A stretch of DNA of 47,023 bases, the filler included, from Sphacelaria rigidula (taxonomy: Eukaryota), in NCBI GenBank assembly GCA_964200075.2. It is 2 parts of 2 records of this genome, joined end to end, with 100 filler letters (N's around TTAATTAATTAA, not from the genome) between each part and the next. Parts side by side here need not be neighbours in the genome. Positions count along the whole stretch, not along the records: positions 23,565 to 47,023 come from CAXNAA020000262.1; 1 more part is not named here. One strand, given 5' to 3'. Position 1 is the first letter of the stretch. The number at the start of each line of letters is the position of its first letter. Below are positions 23,800-36,500 of this stretch, in pieces. Below the pieces are notes generated by a model, which saw only the letters and a program-made list of their open reading frames with translations, had not been told where the DNA came from and did not search any database. The position numbers and the translations under genes are program-made.

Positions 23800-24300
23800 G
23801 GTACCAAAAGTTTTTTTTCATTAGTTGAAGGCATTTCACTGATAGCTCAAGACTGATTATTGCCCTGGACTGTTAGAAAAAACTATTTTGGCACCGAGGT
23901 ATTTTTTTTTCATGTCCCATTCGTTCGTTGTGCATACCAAATTTCAGGGCCCAACTCTAAATATTGGCAGGAGCATGGGCCTTCAAAATCCGGTTCGGTC
24001 GAAAGTCGGAAAGTATTGCGAAGGCCACTCACCGGCTGACGTTTGGTTTTCGTGTATTCAAGTGTTGCGGGGGTGCTCTCCATAGCAAAATCAACAGAAC
24101 AAAGCAGATCAGTTCCTTACTTATTTTTCTCCCAGGTTTAGGGCGTTCTAGTATGGTGAAGACCATTTCTTCACGTGACCAACCTAACCTCTGCGAAATA
24201 ACTTGGAAAATGAAGGCCTACTTGTTCTTTATTCGCAACACTTTTGCGGTTCTCGGTGCCAAGTTTCAAATCACAATTCTAAAAATTGAGCCACAACATC
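23800..24300 (+). repeat. Diverged direct copy of ~22464-22975
   Basis: Shared blocks GGTACCAAAAGTTTTTTT, CTGATTATTGCCCT, CATACCAAATTTCAG, CACTCACCGG, GGTTTAGGGCGTTCTA, AGACCATTTCTTCACG. Confidence 0.85.
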
Positions 24301-24592
24301 GAGATAAGGCCCAAGAGTAACGTTCGTTTCTCCCCAAACCTCCACTAAAAACACGAAATAAGATGCAAAAATGAAGGTAGAAAGCTCTCTTCAATTTTTC
24401 CTATGCCTGAAGTCATCGGGACAGAGCGAGGAAGAAGCAGAGGCAGATATTTTACGAACCCCGCAAAGCCCACCAGACTTTTCGGATTTCGTGTCAGTGT
24501 TCATTGATCAATTTCTCGCAACAAAGCTGACAAAAAATTCATGACATTTTCATCATGTCCTCTGGGGGGGGAGGGGGATGGGGGGGGGCAGG

Positions 24593-24904
24593 TGTCGGAA
24601 CCTTAGGCTGTACTCTGCCAGGTTGCGAGCACGGGCTGTACTCGGGAGCACAGTAGGCAGCTGTGCTTTGCCAATACAGTACAGTATTATACCGTCTTCA
24701 CTGTAGGGTTCGAGGTTACGTACACGAAGCCCGGCCAGCAGAACATCGTATACCCTGAAATTCCCTCGTGGGGAAAGTACAGGGTATACAACACGCCTAG
24801 AGAGGCTGTAGGTTCGATACCTCAACGAATCCTTTACCAGCAATGTACTCGCATGGTCTTGGTCGCATCCAACAGACAACTCAGGCGCCCTGTAGAACCC
24901 GACA
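24593..24904. mobile_element. Putative isolated LTR (312 bp)
   Basis: TGTCGG...CCGACA terminal inverted repeat, preceded on plus by a G-rich PPT-like tract (24564-24592); no clear TSD and no second copy seen. Confidence 0.4.
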
Positions 24905-25443
24905 GGGAAGCCTGCCAGCCGGAAGCGGCTCTGTATTTGGAGGTCTCAGACACGTGCCCATTTTACCATTTGGAATGGGATACGGGCGGGGAGGGTGTTG
25001 TGATGGGGATCAGGTCGAAAATACCGCACGATGGCCCCAGAGGCTCGTGCATTACCGCTGCGATAGGCGGCGCAGATGGTACGCAGCATGTTGTAATAGC
25101 CACTGTGCAAGAGAGTCGAGAGAGGAAAGGGAGGCTCACGGCGAAGCAGCCTATCGCGGTCACTCCCGGGGATCTGGTCGTATGTGGGCTGGGATTCGAG
25201 CAAAGGTGGCTGAGGGCCAGACGCGACACGGGTCGAGAGGGGTTGGAGGACGGGGTAGCCCCCGATAATGACCATGACGACTGTGACACTGGAAGTGATG
25301 GCGATGGTGATATTTGCAATAGCAACTAGTGATGACACTGGAGCCTCAAGTTGCAGTGGCGCAGTTGGAGAGTGAAAGAAATAGGTTCACATAAAGGTCG
25401 GGATGCGGGCGTGAACGTACAGTTCAGGGCGGGGTCGAGATGC

Positions 25444-25706
25444 TGTCATGTAGCATGATGCGGTGTTGCGATGGTGTGTATGGCGGGACCGTACGAAGCG
25501 ATCTTGGGGGTGGATGCCCACGATCTCTCTTTCTACAGAGACATTGCCGCCTCATATATGCTCGAACTGGATTGGAAAGCTCGACGGGTATTTGCAGTAC
25601 GGTTGAGTCGTGCAATAAATTATTCACGTTGTGCATCGGCCGTCAATTCTTCAGGACAGGGGACGCCCGATCATCCGCTCGGCACATCCCTGCGTTGGCA
25701 GTGATA
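25444..25706 (-). mobile_element. Putative 3' LTR of the large Ty3/gypsy element
   Basis: On minus, PPT-like GTGGTGGGGGGA is followed by TATCAC...CATGACA (one mismatch from TGTCA...TGACA), ~300 bp after the integrase stop. No matching 5' LTR found in the window. Confidence 0.55.
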
Positions 25707-26007
25707 TCCCCCCACCACGTCACTGACAGCACCTTACTGACCTTACTGACAGCAACTTGACGCCCGAGATTTTTGTGTGGACACGAGCCTCGAGATGAAC
25801 AACAGTGAAAACATCGTCGACAATCAAACAAACGTTGTCATGCTCTGTCGCCCGCAGCTAACCACGGATGGGCGACATGTGCAACTACGGACGCACTTCC
25901 TACTCCTCCAAAAATTGCACATCAGCGCCGTCGTGCGGTACTCCCGAGGGCTTTTTGTCACCCAACGGCTAGGGTATTCAAACCTCATTTCATTGATGAA
26001 CCTCATT

Positions 26008-27849
26008 TCATAGAACCCCCTGTTGTTTGGACTTGAGGCGCTGAAGACACCAAGATCCGCGTGGTGCAGATGGACTAGTGGTGTATAGCGCAGGCCGGAG
26101 CTTAAGCTGTGTGGGTCCCGGGTCATTGATGAAGCGCACGATGTATCTGTCAGCAGAGACTAGATTAGCGGAGTGAGTCTGACCCAACCACCAGAGGTTG
26201 TCGCTGCCTTTGAACCACAGGTAGGAGCCCTTGGGTAGTGTTTTCTGGTTTGCGAAGAACTTTGCTTCACAAATCTTGGTGGGAACCAGTTCGTAGCCAT
26301 CGGCGACAAAGCGTAGGCGTTGGTCGCGGTGCACTTCGCGGGCTGCTGCACCACGACGTATGATACGATATCTCTTGTTGTGAGCAAGATGCTGATGTTG
26401 GGGTTGCGTCCAGTATAGGAGGATTGCACGGCGGTGCAATTGAAGGTCGGATTCGCGTTCCCAAGAAGCTCTCCGAAGACCTTGCCAGTGGGTATTATAC
26501 ATGATGGCAATTTTGCCATCTCGACCACGAGTGATTTGGTTGCCGGATATGGCGAAAACCGTCAGGCGGAGGGACTGTTCCGTTACGTCATCAGTAGTGA
26601 CGTGGTAGGGCGGGGACTTAGTCGAGTAGCTGTTGAGAACGTACTGTGTAAATCCTGTAGGCAGGTACTTGGGCATGTCACTTGTATCATGCGGGTTCGT
26701 GCATGGTTTGCACCTGTGCACGCAGACACGGGGTTTGGCGTCTTTGCCCTGAAGGTCGCGAGGTAGATCGAGACAGAGGAGTTTGTCACCAACGGGTTTA
26801 TCATCCGGTGAGGATGGCGTTGGACCGACCTTCAGAATCTTGAAAGGTCCTGTCCAATTGAGGGAAAATTTTGCCTTCAAAATTGTTTCGTCGGCTGCCT
26901 TGCTGGAACCACCCTGGCGGATGGTCGATGGACTGTTGTAGACCCAAACCCAATCACCAACTTTCCAGTTGGGGCGTTTGTGCATTAAGTTGTAGAGAGC
27001 AGTGTTAGATCGCTCCAGGCGCGAGGTGTTGATAGCGTGTTGTTCGCGCACGAGGGTAAAGGCTTTTCGTTGTCGTGAATGCGCTAGCTCATGATAGGAT
27101 ATCTGATCCTGATCCAAGCCTTGGTGGCCATCGGACGTGTGTCTTTCAATCACGGTGATAGGTAGCCGGGGATAACGTCCAAGATGGAGTTCGTTCGGAG
27201 AAAGGCCTGTGGCGGCATGAACCGAGTTATTGTAGGACAACATAATGTGTGAGAGATGTAGGTCCCAGTCATTTTGGCGGTCGTTGACGACAAGAGAGAG
27301 CATTTGGGCCATGGTGTGATGAACTCGGTCGGTACCACCGTTGCCGTTAGGGTGGTAGGCGCTCGTTGCAGTTTTGCGGATGCCCAGGAGCTTGTGAAGC
27401 TCCGCAGAGAGATCTGAGCAAAATTGATGACCATTGTCTGACAGAAGACGTTTCGGGCAACCGTAGTGCTTGATGTAGTCGTGGACAAATATGTCGGCCG
27501 TTCCTGCTGCAGTGAAATCTGCAGCGGTTACCGCCTACATGGACGCGTGGCGGCTGAAGCGGTCAGTGAAGAGTAAGATGTAGCTGGTGCCGCGCCCTGT
27601 GGGCGGTAGAGGGCCGAAATAGTCAAAGGACACAAGGTGGCCGGGCGCGTTGGAGAGTCCCATAGAGATGACTGGCCAGCGGACTGTCTGCCGTGAACTC
27701 TTTCGAGCTTGGCATTTGAAGCATCGCCGAATCCAAAAGCGGGTGAAAATGTCCATGCCAACCCACCAGTAAAACCGTTCTAAGAGCGCTAGGGTGCGGG
27801 TGACGCCAAGGTGACATGACAAGTCTGTGTGACAGCCTTTCATGACCTA
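26008..27849 (-). pseudogene. pol: Integrase: HHCC finger, catalytic core, GPF motif, chromodomain, PWWP/Tudor-like tail
   Basis: CHTDLSCHLG...CFKC, FDYFGP, LLSDNG, YHPNGNGGTD, WTGPFKI, YNTHWQGLRRASWERESDL; in-frame TAG stops at 27535-27537 and 27847-27849. Confidence 0.92.
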
Positions 27850-28215
27850 GGGGGGCAATAATAACGGAACGTATATGCGCGTGGGTTCGTCATCAAGTAG
27901 TCGTGCGTGACGTCCCGTGGTGGAGGTAGTGATTGCGCCTGCTATAGGCGTGGGTCGACGCACGAGTAATTGGACACCTTCGTCCGTGGTAACAATAGTG
28001 CCTTTACGCACGAGTTCATATACCTCGGAGATAGCTGGTGGTGGCAGTGTGCCAACAGGAGCCACAAGTTCGGGCGGAAAAGGAACTGGGCAGTCGAGCT
28101 GTAAGTGACGGGTGGCTGCGCGACATAGCGGTTCTGCGTTTTGTTCGCGAGCCCAGTCACGGTTAGAGAAGCTGGCGAGAAACTCGGGCAGTTGGCCTTC
28201 CGCTTGGGAGCCGAC

Positions 28216-29300
28216 CTAACATGGCGGGGTTGGTAGCGGGGGGACAGGTGACGGGGCAGAAATGCCTACGTCATTCTCCGCTTCGGGGGCAGGGGTTGTC
28301 GGTCTTGCCGTCATAAGCGGCGGAGTTGAAGTTGTGCGCGGCGAAGAAGGTCCGCGGCGCGTGTTGTTTGTTGCAGTAGTGATTGCGGAGCGTTGCGGGC
28401 CGGTCCGTAGGGCCGGCGCTGCGTGGCTCGCAGAACTTGCAGCTGTCATCGGTGGCGGCGGGGCACTTGGGGGGTTGGTGCGGGCGGCAGACCGACAGCG
28501 CGTGTTGTCTGAAATCAGGTGGATAACCGAGGGTGTCTCCGTGAGAAGCTTGGCGCGAGTACCAAAGGTCCAGAAATCGACAAAATCGGAGATTGTGGGT
28601 TTGATCCCACCCAAGACGGCGTCATAGGGCAGAGGGCGAGGTCCGCCCATATGCACACCAGTTTCTGGACATTGAAGGTCAAGGGCGTAGACTGGCGTCG
28701 AAAAAGGTCTAATAGGGTAAATCCCAGGTTCGTCGGGTTCCGTTAGACGGCAAGCCGGGATGGAATCTGCGGCTGTAGGCGGCAGGGGTAATCGGGAGAG
28801 AAGATCAGCGTTCCCGTTGGTTTTACCTGGACGATACTTAATGGTATACTGGTATGCTGTTAACAACTCCAACCAGCGTTGTACACGCGGGTTGTGTTCG
28901 CCGACCTTGGCGAGTTGCTCGAGTGCCCCATGATCCGTGTAGATTTGAAAGGGCACGTGAAACAGGTATTGTCGAAGGCGCTTAATGGTCCAGGTGATAA
29001 CTCCGCCTTCCAGTTCTAACGGGCTCCAGTTGGCCTCATTGGGCAAGGTGGCGCGACTGATGTAGAGAAGAGGTCGAACAGAGCCATCAGCCTGAGGTTG
29101 ATTCAAAACTCCTCCGAATCCCTCTGTGCTAGCTTTAGTGTGGAGTTGGAAAAGGCGAGAGCCGTCTTGCACTGCCTCCCAACCGGGGAAACAGAGGACC
29201 GGTTTTTCGGTGAGCGTTTTCAGTAATTCGTGGGTCTATTTTCCATCTCGGTGGTGAAGGAAAACACGGCTCCTTTCTTGAGTAGCTCGGTGAGGGAGCG
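28216..29300 (-). pseudogene. pol: RNase H domain and linker of pol
   Basis: FQLHTKASTEGFGGVL, NWSPLELEGG, FQIYTDHGAL, RVQRWLELL, YRPGKTNGNADLLSR; frameshifted from the RT near 29300; TAG at 28216. Confidence 0.92.
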
Positions 29301-30690
29301 GGGCGTATCCGTTTAGATAAATTCGGCAAAACAATTCGGTAGTAAAATAGCCCGCCCAACAATGAGCGTAGTTGAGAGATGTTAGTTGGCATCGGTAAGT
29401 CGGTCATAGCCCTGACTTTGTTCGTATCCGGATGTAGGCCTGCGGGCGAGATGGAATGCCCCAAAACATCCAGGTCAGTCGCGCCAAGGCGAGCTTTGGG
29501 TGGGGACAGTTTCAAATCGTGTGTTCGCAGTCGAGAGAGAAATTCTCGCAGAGTGCCGATATGTGCAATAGGTGACGCATCGAAAGCGATAGCGTCATCT
29601 AGGTACATGATGATGTACTCGAGGCCCTCCGTAACGCGTTGCATTAAGCGTTGAAAGCATCCTAGAGCGGTGGCAGCGCCTTGTGGCATTCGGAGCCATT
29701 CATACAGCCCGGACGAGGTACAAAAAGCCGTAAGTGGCACCGTGTCAGGGTGGATAGCATTCTTGAAGAATCCAGAAGCGAGATCGAAGGTGCTGAATAT
29801 TTTTTCTTTACCTAAAGAGTCGAAGACTTCATTAATGCGGGGGATTGGAAGTTTATCAATCACGGTGACGCGGTTCAACCGTTGGTAATTCACTGTGATG
29901 CGTATGTTGCCGTCCTATTTAGGGACAACCACAAGTGGCGAGGCCCAAGGAGAGGAGGAATGTTGTATTAGTCCTGATCCCAAAGACGCATCCAAGATGG
30001 CGTTAACCTGTTTGGTAACGATTGGGTTCGTCCTGTATGGTCGGGAAGAGATCGGCGTGACCCCGGGTTGGAGGGTAACTTCAAAGGGCAGTGTTTTGCA
30101 ATGCCCAAGATCCGTCTTGGATCGGGAAAATCGGTCTTGGTACTCTAGCAGAACATCACTGAGTTCTTGGATGACTGCCGGTTCCCAACCGAGCCCATGA
30201 AGGTCAAAATTGATGTCGCGCATGTGTGGCGGCAGTTGGTGCCACATGTGCAAGAAACTATTCCGAGAACCTGGTGATAAGCATTGAAGCACTTCAGCAG
30301 GAGGATCGGAATTTGACTGGGCAGGATCCACGGTGTGGACGTGGGGTGGAGTCGCGGAGACAAGGTCGAAATAGGGTTTATCGACACAATGGACTCACTC
30401 TGCCAGAGATGTGGCGTTAGGCGCTGCAGGCCCTGTGACGCACGTCTCGAGTGGGATGTGCATCAGGGGAGCAGCGGCGATTCCGAAAACATCGCCGGGT
30501 TCCAAGTTAGCATGGCCCGTAAGAGGGAGGAGTTGTTGTCCCGCCGACACAAAATGTTCTGTGTCGGCTGGTACGCCAATACGGGGTAAAAGTTCAGCAA
30601 GATAATGGCCCGCAAGTGCTGGCATGCCATTTCGGCGAACTAGTGCAACTTCAAGAAGTTGGGGGTCGTCGGAGAGTGTAATACCCACGC
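29300..30690 (-). pseudogene. pol: Ty3/gypsy reverse transcriptase
   Basis: SSPWASPLVVVPK*DG, VNYQRLN, FSTFDLASGF, LTAFCT, YEWLRMPQG, MYLDDA; in-frame stops at 29915 and 30395. Confidence 0.95.
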
Positions 30691-30813
30691 TACCGTTATA
30701 TCGTAGGTGGTAAGCAGCTCCGGTCGCTTGAGGATTCTTTTGATAAGACAGGGCGCCGTGGAGAGTACCGAAGTGCTCGAGGTTGAATTCTCCACGCGGC
30801 GTGGAATGTGGCG

Positions 30814-31150
30814 TTAGTGGTGTAAGCGTGCGGTAGGTTCGTTCATTGACCGCATATAGCTATCTCTGCCCAATAATATGGCGTGATGCATTGTGTGATC
30901 GGGGACGATGTATGCCCAGACTACCAGGCTGGAAGATCGAGTGGTGTTGTGAAAGAATTGTACACTGAGACGTAGGAATTTTCGTGTTGTCAGTGGCGCG
31001 GCAGAATCACCGAAACTGCCCCACACGCGAGGTTTGGTGGTGGTTTCGCAAGCTGCAGTAGCAGCGCCAGTCTGTTTCATGTGTTTCCATGTTGGTTCTC
31101 GAAAACATGTTTGCGGGCTGCCGCTGTCCAACAAGGATACGCATTTCGTA
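30814..31150 (-). pseudogene. pol: Retropepsin aspartic protease
   Basis: LLDSGS active-site motif and ILLGRD motif; frameshifted relative to the RT. Confidence 0.85.
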
Positions 31151-32112
31151 GGCGTGATAGCGTTTGGACCGGCATGGAATGCAACGCAGTAGTGAAAGTG
31201 GCCGGATCGACAGACACTTTGCCGCCGACAAGATCCGGACCGTGTTCCGGCAAGGTAAACTGGTCAGGATCGGCGTGGCTGACAGCAAAAACAGAAGGCG
31301 GTGGGTCCGTCGGTGGGTCAGATTCTCCATCAAAGAAGGGGGTGAACGGTTTATCATTTCCAGGTGTGGCACGGTCAGGATAACCATTAGCGATTTCCGT
31401 CTAAGGCAGATCGAGATTGTTGTATGTGCCTGTAGTCGTCCATTGAACAAGAAGAGGAGTCAGAAATATCTGATTTCGTTTCTTCCGTGATACTTGATAG
31501 AGCCGTCGAGCTCAAAGCCGTCGCATTTTGGAGGGATGGAGGTCGAGGATTTCCGCTCGAAAGAGGGGTACGTAGTGATGCGCGCGCGTCCTTGTGGGCA
31601 TGCTTACGGGGCTTTCTCTCTCGCCGCGACAAAGGGCGGGGAACTTCCAAAGCATTTGGAGATGAGACCACAACTGCGTCCAGTCGGATGGATGGGGTCA
31701 GCATCGGGGCATGATGGGGCGAAGGTTGTGGGCTGCTTTCCGTAGGCAAGCTTGGCGGGAGAGACATGGCCGAAGGTATTCTGGGGCAGTTGTTATTTGA
31801 ACCTGCCAAAGCTAGTTTTGCGCGGGTTGAAAATCTCGTGGAAGGAACTCGATCTAGCTTATTGAGGACGACATGATCCGAAGTGATCAAATTCAAATCA
31901 GCACCCCTGAGGTCAGCTGAAAAACGCTTGTGACTACCTGTGCGTGCGGTCGCTGAGGAAAGCCGTTGCCTCAGGAACTGGCGGTTGGTCTTCCCACACC
32001 TCAGACTTACACTCGATACTGAAGGACAAAGTTCAGGGCCGGGTGTAGGTATAAGTCGCGGATTGACACAACTGTTACGCGGTGTGCGGAGGGGTGAAGA
32101 CTGGGGTCGAAA

Positions 32113-32392
32113 TGAACGGCCGTCGGTTGCGCTCCTGTATATTGCCGGGGGAGCCGGGCGAACACTCTTAGTCGCGGGCTCTGCGGGCTGTGTTGCAAAG
32201 TGTGTGGAGGTCGAAGACGGGGGTCGAATCGAACGGCCGTCGGTTGCGCTCCTGTATAGTGCCGGGGGAGCCGGGCGAACACTCTTAGTCGCGGGCTCTG
32301 CGGGCTGTGTTGCAAAGTGTGTGGAGGTTGGAGACGGGGGTCGCACTGAATGGCCGTCGGTTGCGCTCCTGTACAATGCCGGGGGAGTCGGG
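32113..32392 (-). repeat. 120-bp in-frame tandem repeat (~2.3 copies, 40-aa unit) in the gag-PR spacer
   Basis: PPALYRSATDGRSIRPPSSTSTHFATQPAEPATKSVRPA repeated in ORF 31387-32409. Confidence 0.9.
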
Positions 32393-32776
32393 TAAACAAT
32401 CTGAGTCACGGACTCCGCGGGCAGTGTTGAAAAAATGTTCGAAAGTGCTGTCGGCGGCGCCGAAGACTTGAAAACGCCGGCGTTGTTGCATCATGGGTCT
32501 AAGCGATCCGAACTGAAGATACCAGGGTTTCTGGTGTTGGGGTTCGAGCTATGTGTCGGTCCCGTCCGCTGATGTCTATCAGCGGAACTATGATTGGCGC
32601 GAGATGTATGATCTTGCTGGCGAGTGCCGGAACCGTAGTTGGTGTTTGGCCCGCGCGTGCAATTCAAGCGATTGTTGCCGCGGTTGTTCGAATGGCTACG
32701 ATTATCACCACTCGGAGCACGATAATCGCGCATTCGTTTTTGCCAGCGGCGCCACGCGGGTTTATTGTCCTGTAGT

Positions 32777-33562
32777 TCAGGGTTCATGAGGTCGAACGCG
32801 TTGATGCATGGTTTGGTGCATGCGCATGCTGTGGCCTTGTGCTTTGCAATTGATACAGCTGTTGGCGTGGCGACCAAAAGCGTCTTGTCTAGCCGAATAA
32901 GACAGAAGCGGGTTCCTCAAATGGGGGTCATCTGTGTCAAAAGCTGTCGTAGAAGTCAAATAAACATCGTCCCTTGTTCCGGCAGAGTACGGCGAGCCGT
33001 CAAAGCTCGCGCGGAAAGGGTCTTTGTTTCTTTTAACATTCATTACTGAACCGGCCACAGAGTCGGGGGTCCATGTATTACGAGGTGAACTCGGGTTCCG
33101 TCCGCGAGACCCGTTGGTGTTCGCGGAGGAGACAGCGGCAGGCTGTGAACGCGGAGACGAATATTTGTCACCCCGAATGGCGGGAGTGAGGTTGCTTTCT
33201 TGGTGGACGAAAGCCGTCCACATTGCATTAACAGAGGCGTAAGGCACCTCGCGATGTGCTAAGGCACCCGGAAACAGCGACGGCATCAATGCCGGAAACT
33301 GCTCGGAGACGCTCGTACGGACATATGACTGACACATAGAATCGGAAGGCCCGCTCTGGCGGCCACTTCCCAAGGTACTGGAAACCAACAATTTAAACTG
33401 CCAAAGGTAGTCGTCGAAACTAACGTTGGTGGCTACCCCAAACGAGCTTAAACGTGGTATGGAGCTACCCTGTGTGCTCCGATCAAAGTAACCCGTCAAG
33501 CGCCGCTCGAGATTACTGAGTATTGCTGGGCCAGCTCGCCCCGAGGCACGGTCCGAATCCAT
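32777..33562 (-). pseudogene. gag: Gag core of the large gypsy element with a CCHC knuckle broken by frameshift
   Basis: SFDDYLWQFKLLV (major-homology-like); CINCKAQGHSMR followed by a frameshift whose next frame reads ...CTKPCINA. Confidence 0.7.
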
Positions 33563-36500
33563 CGCTGTGATGAATCCGTCGATGATCTGCGTCAGTGAAG
33601 AGGCACAGTCAGGCTAGCGGCGAGAGATGGCGCAGTGTAGGGCCTTATGTAACGGTGTCTGCCAACCATCGACCCAATCAGCATCGTCAAACCGCTGAGC
33701 ACCCGTGCGATCCGCTACAGTACGCAGAATGTTGTGTACAGTACGGCGGATGGATTGGATAAGACTCGACGTACACTGTACAGAGTGCTCATTGTCTGCT
33801 GCACGCATGGTGTTAATATGCCATAATTTCTTGACGTCCATCTGTATGTACTCTCTCTGTATGGCAGCCACGCGGGCAGCTTCAAGTTTGACAGCTGCTG
33901 CAGCCTCGCGTGTTGCAGTCTGTGCTTGGCTAACAGCGGCGGCTGCTAAAGCGCGGGCCGAGGTTGAAGACAAAGGTCGATCTTTATCATCCGTGTCAGA
34001 CAAACCTAATATCTCGCGGGAAACATCAGCTAAGCGAGGGGTGTCTCGCCTAATGTTGATGGACTCCACAGGAGGGGGTCCGTTGACGACCCGTCTCGGT
34101 TTCGAGGTCTTCGAGAAGAACCGCCCGACGAGCCCGAGCCCCGGCGCGTCCAATTTGCGTGCTGGGCAGCACGGTTGGTCCGCCGGCTGTTGGCGCCTCG
34201 ACGTCCTCCGCCGCTGGACCCGGAGCCGTCATGGCGGCCGCCTCGTCCGCCACCTTTACGATCATCATTATCGTAGTTGCCTTTAGGCGGGCGGCAGTTG
34301 GCGGTGACCGGAGTCCATCCATCATCGTCATCGTCGTGGTCGTCGTCCGCAGAAGTGCCGGACTGAAAGGCGTTCCGGAGAGCCTGTAAAAGGTTATGGG
34401 CCGCCCTCTCGTATACGTCGGCGCCGCTGTTGGGACCCGTGGTGGCGTGGGCCACCAGCTGGGCGAGAGTGAGGTCGTGGGGGTCCTTAACCGGGAGTGG
34501 CCCGCCCTGGTCGAGGTAGAGACCTAACGCAACCAGAGCGCTGTAGTGAATGGCGTCCCAGGCAGTCCGCGAGCTCTACAGAGGGTTCTTGATGGAAACC
34601 TTCCCAGAAAAGTCCCGAACCGGGTGCACTAGCCAGGTGGCCTCATGCGGAGCGAGAGAAAGGTCGGGGGTGGCTGCAGGGGCGGCATTGGGAAAGCTAG
34701 TATCGTGTTTGCGGGGTATGTGATACCCGGCAATTTGTGAAGAGCTTGAGCCTGATGGCGCGGTGTCCACCGTGGTCCGCTATGGGGGCGGAGAAGGGTA
34801 AAGCGACATGACGGTGTGCGCGAAGTCTGATGTGCCGCAAGCAGATGTTTCGCCGACATAGCGTGCTCCGCGGTACGGTCTATGTGGGCCACGAGCTCGG
34901 CAGCCTTCCGTTTTCAGTCGGCCATTACCGGTTGATGTTCGACTTGGGCCCGGAGGGCGGCGGAGGGTGCTGCTGCCGCGGTTGTGGAGTTCCGCTGCAG
35001 ATTTGCTTCTTTCGTGGCGTACTCTTCCCGAAGAAGGCGGGTTGCAGTATCGTCGGCCTAACCGTGGCCGCGGGAGGCGGGGTTGGCGCCGGAGGGGCCG
35101 CCGGCTGGGTTTGCATGTCGTCGGCCTAACCGTGGCCGCGGGAGGTGGGGTTGGCGCCGGAGGGGCCGCCGGCTGGGTCGGCATGGCCGGCCCCGGGGGG
35201 GCAGCTCGATACAGAGCGATGATCTCGTCTTGCCGGACTCTATCATGCTCTAGAAAGAGGCACGGGAGGTACCCCGTGGGGCAAAACTCCGCCGAAAGTC
35301 GCGGCTGCAGGAGACCGTTGGCCGTGGAGGGCGTCGCGGTCTGGCCGCCGCGAGCGATCGTGAGTGCTGTCGCAGGCACGGTGGTCTCAGTAGAGACAAC
35401 GGGTGTGGTGGCGGCAGGGGCGGTCGACACTAATGGGGCAGCCTTCCCGGCGGCCGAGGGTGCCGTAATGGCGCGCTTGGCGGCGGAAGGAGAAGCCGAA
35501 GTAGGGGTCGTTGCCGCCGAAGGAGTAGCTAATGTCTGTTTGGTCGACATGATCTGTAGCAGGGAGTGTTGTAAGTCCCAAACCTGCTGTTGGAGCGTAC
35601 GGATAGTGACGGCATCGACAGCGGCGCGGCATGGGACATCGCGGTTAGATCGGGCTCGTGTTTGATGACGCCGGGGTGCACGAAAGGAATTGTCACTAGC
35701 TTTTTCAATCGAAGAAGCTGGGTCCGATGATAAGTTGGAGAGAATATCTCTGACATCTTCCACATGCACGTTGTCATTATGACGTGAGGGATGTCGATGT
35801 TGCTAACGTCGGGTAGACGAAGCGCGACTACTGGTGTGACTGTGGCCGGATGATTGTCTAGAGCCACGCGAAGAGCGGTGGCCGCGGCCTGGGCTGCCCC
35901 GATGGGAGTGGCTGTCACTGTCAGTTTTATTACGTCGATTAGAAGTAGAATGTTCTAGGGCACGAGCTCGTCGTCCGTAGGGAGCGGAGGATAGGCGAGA
36001 GTGATTTCCATCTCGGCTTCCTCGCGGAGACTGCGCAGTTCGCGTAGGGATCAAAGCGGTATCAGTACGAGCTGCAGTAGTCGCGGTACTGCGAGCGCCG
36101 CGAGCGACCTGCGCGTAAGAGGGGCGCGCCTGAGGCTGTGGCGTATCGCCGTAGAATGTTTTGAGCCCTTTGAAAAGATGTGTACCTGGATCGTCAGAGG
36201 AGCCAGGTAGAGAATTGACAGTGTTCTGGAGAGCCGAAATCAGGGCCTCAATCATTGTGCCGGGACCAGATGGCGGGGTGCGGCGCGTTGGACTCTCAGA
36301 TGCCGCCAGTTGAGGGCTACCAACACGAGCAGCACCCGTAGACGGGTTTCGAGCTCCGGAAGCGGATCGCTTTGTTTCCGAACTGGACGCTATTACTGAA
36401 ACTGCCGTCCGAGGCGCATCTGAAGTTGTCTTCTGAGCCACTGATCCAAGAACGGCATCCGTGGGAGCATGCCTCAGCAAGGGGGGCACATCGGCACTAG

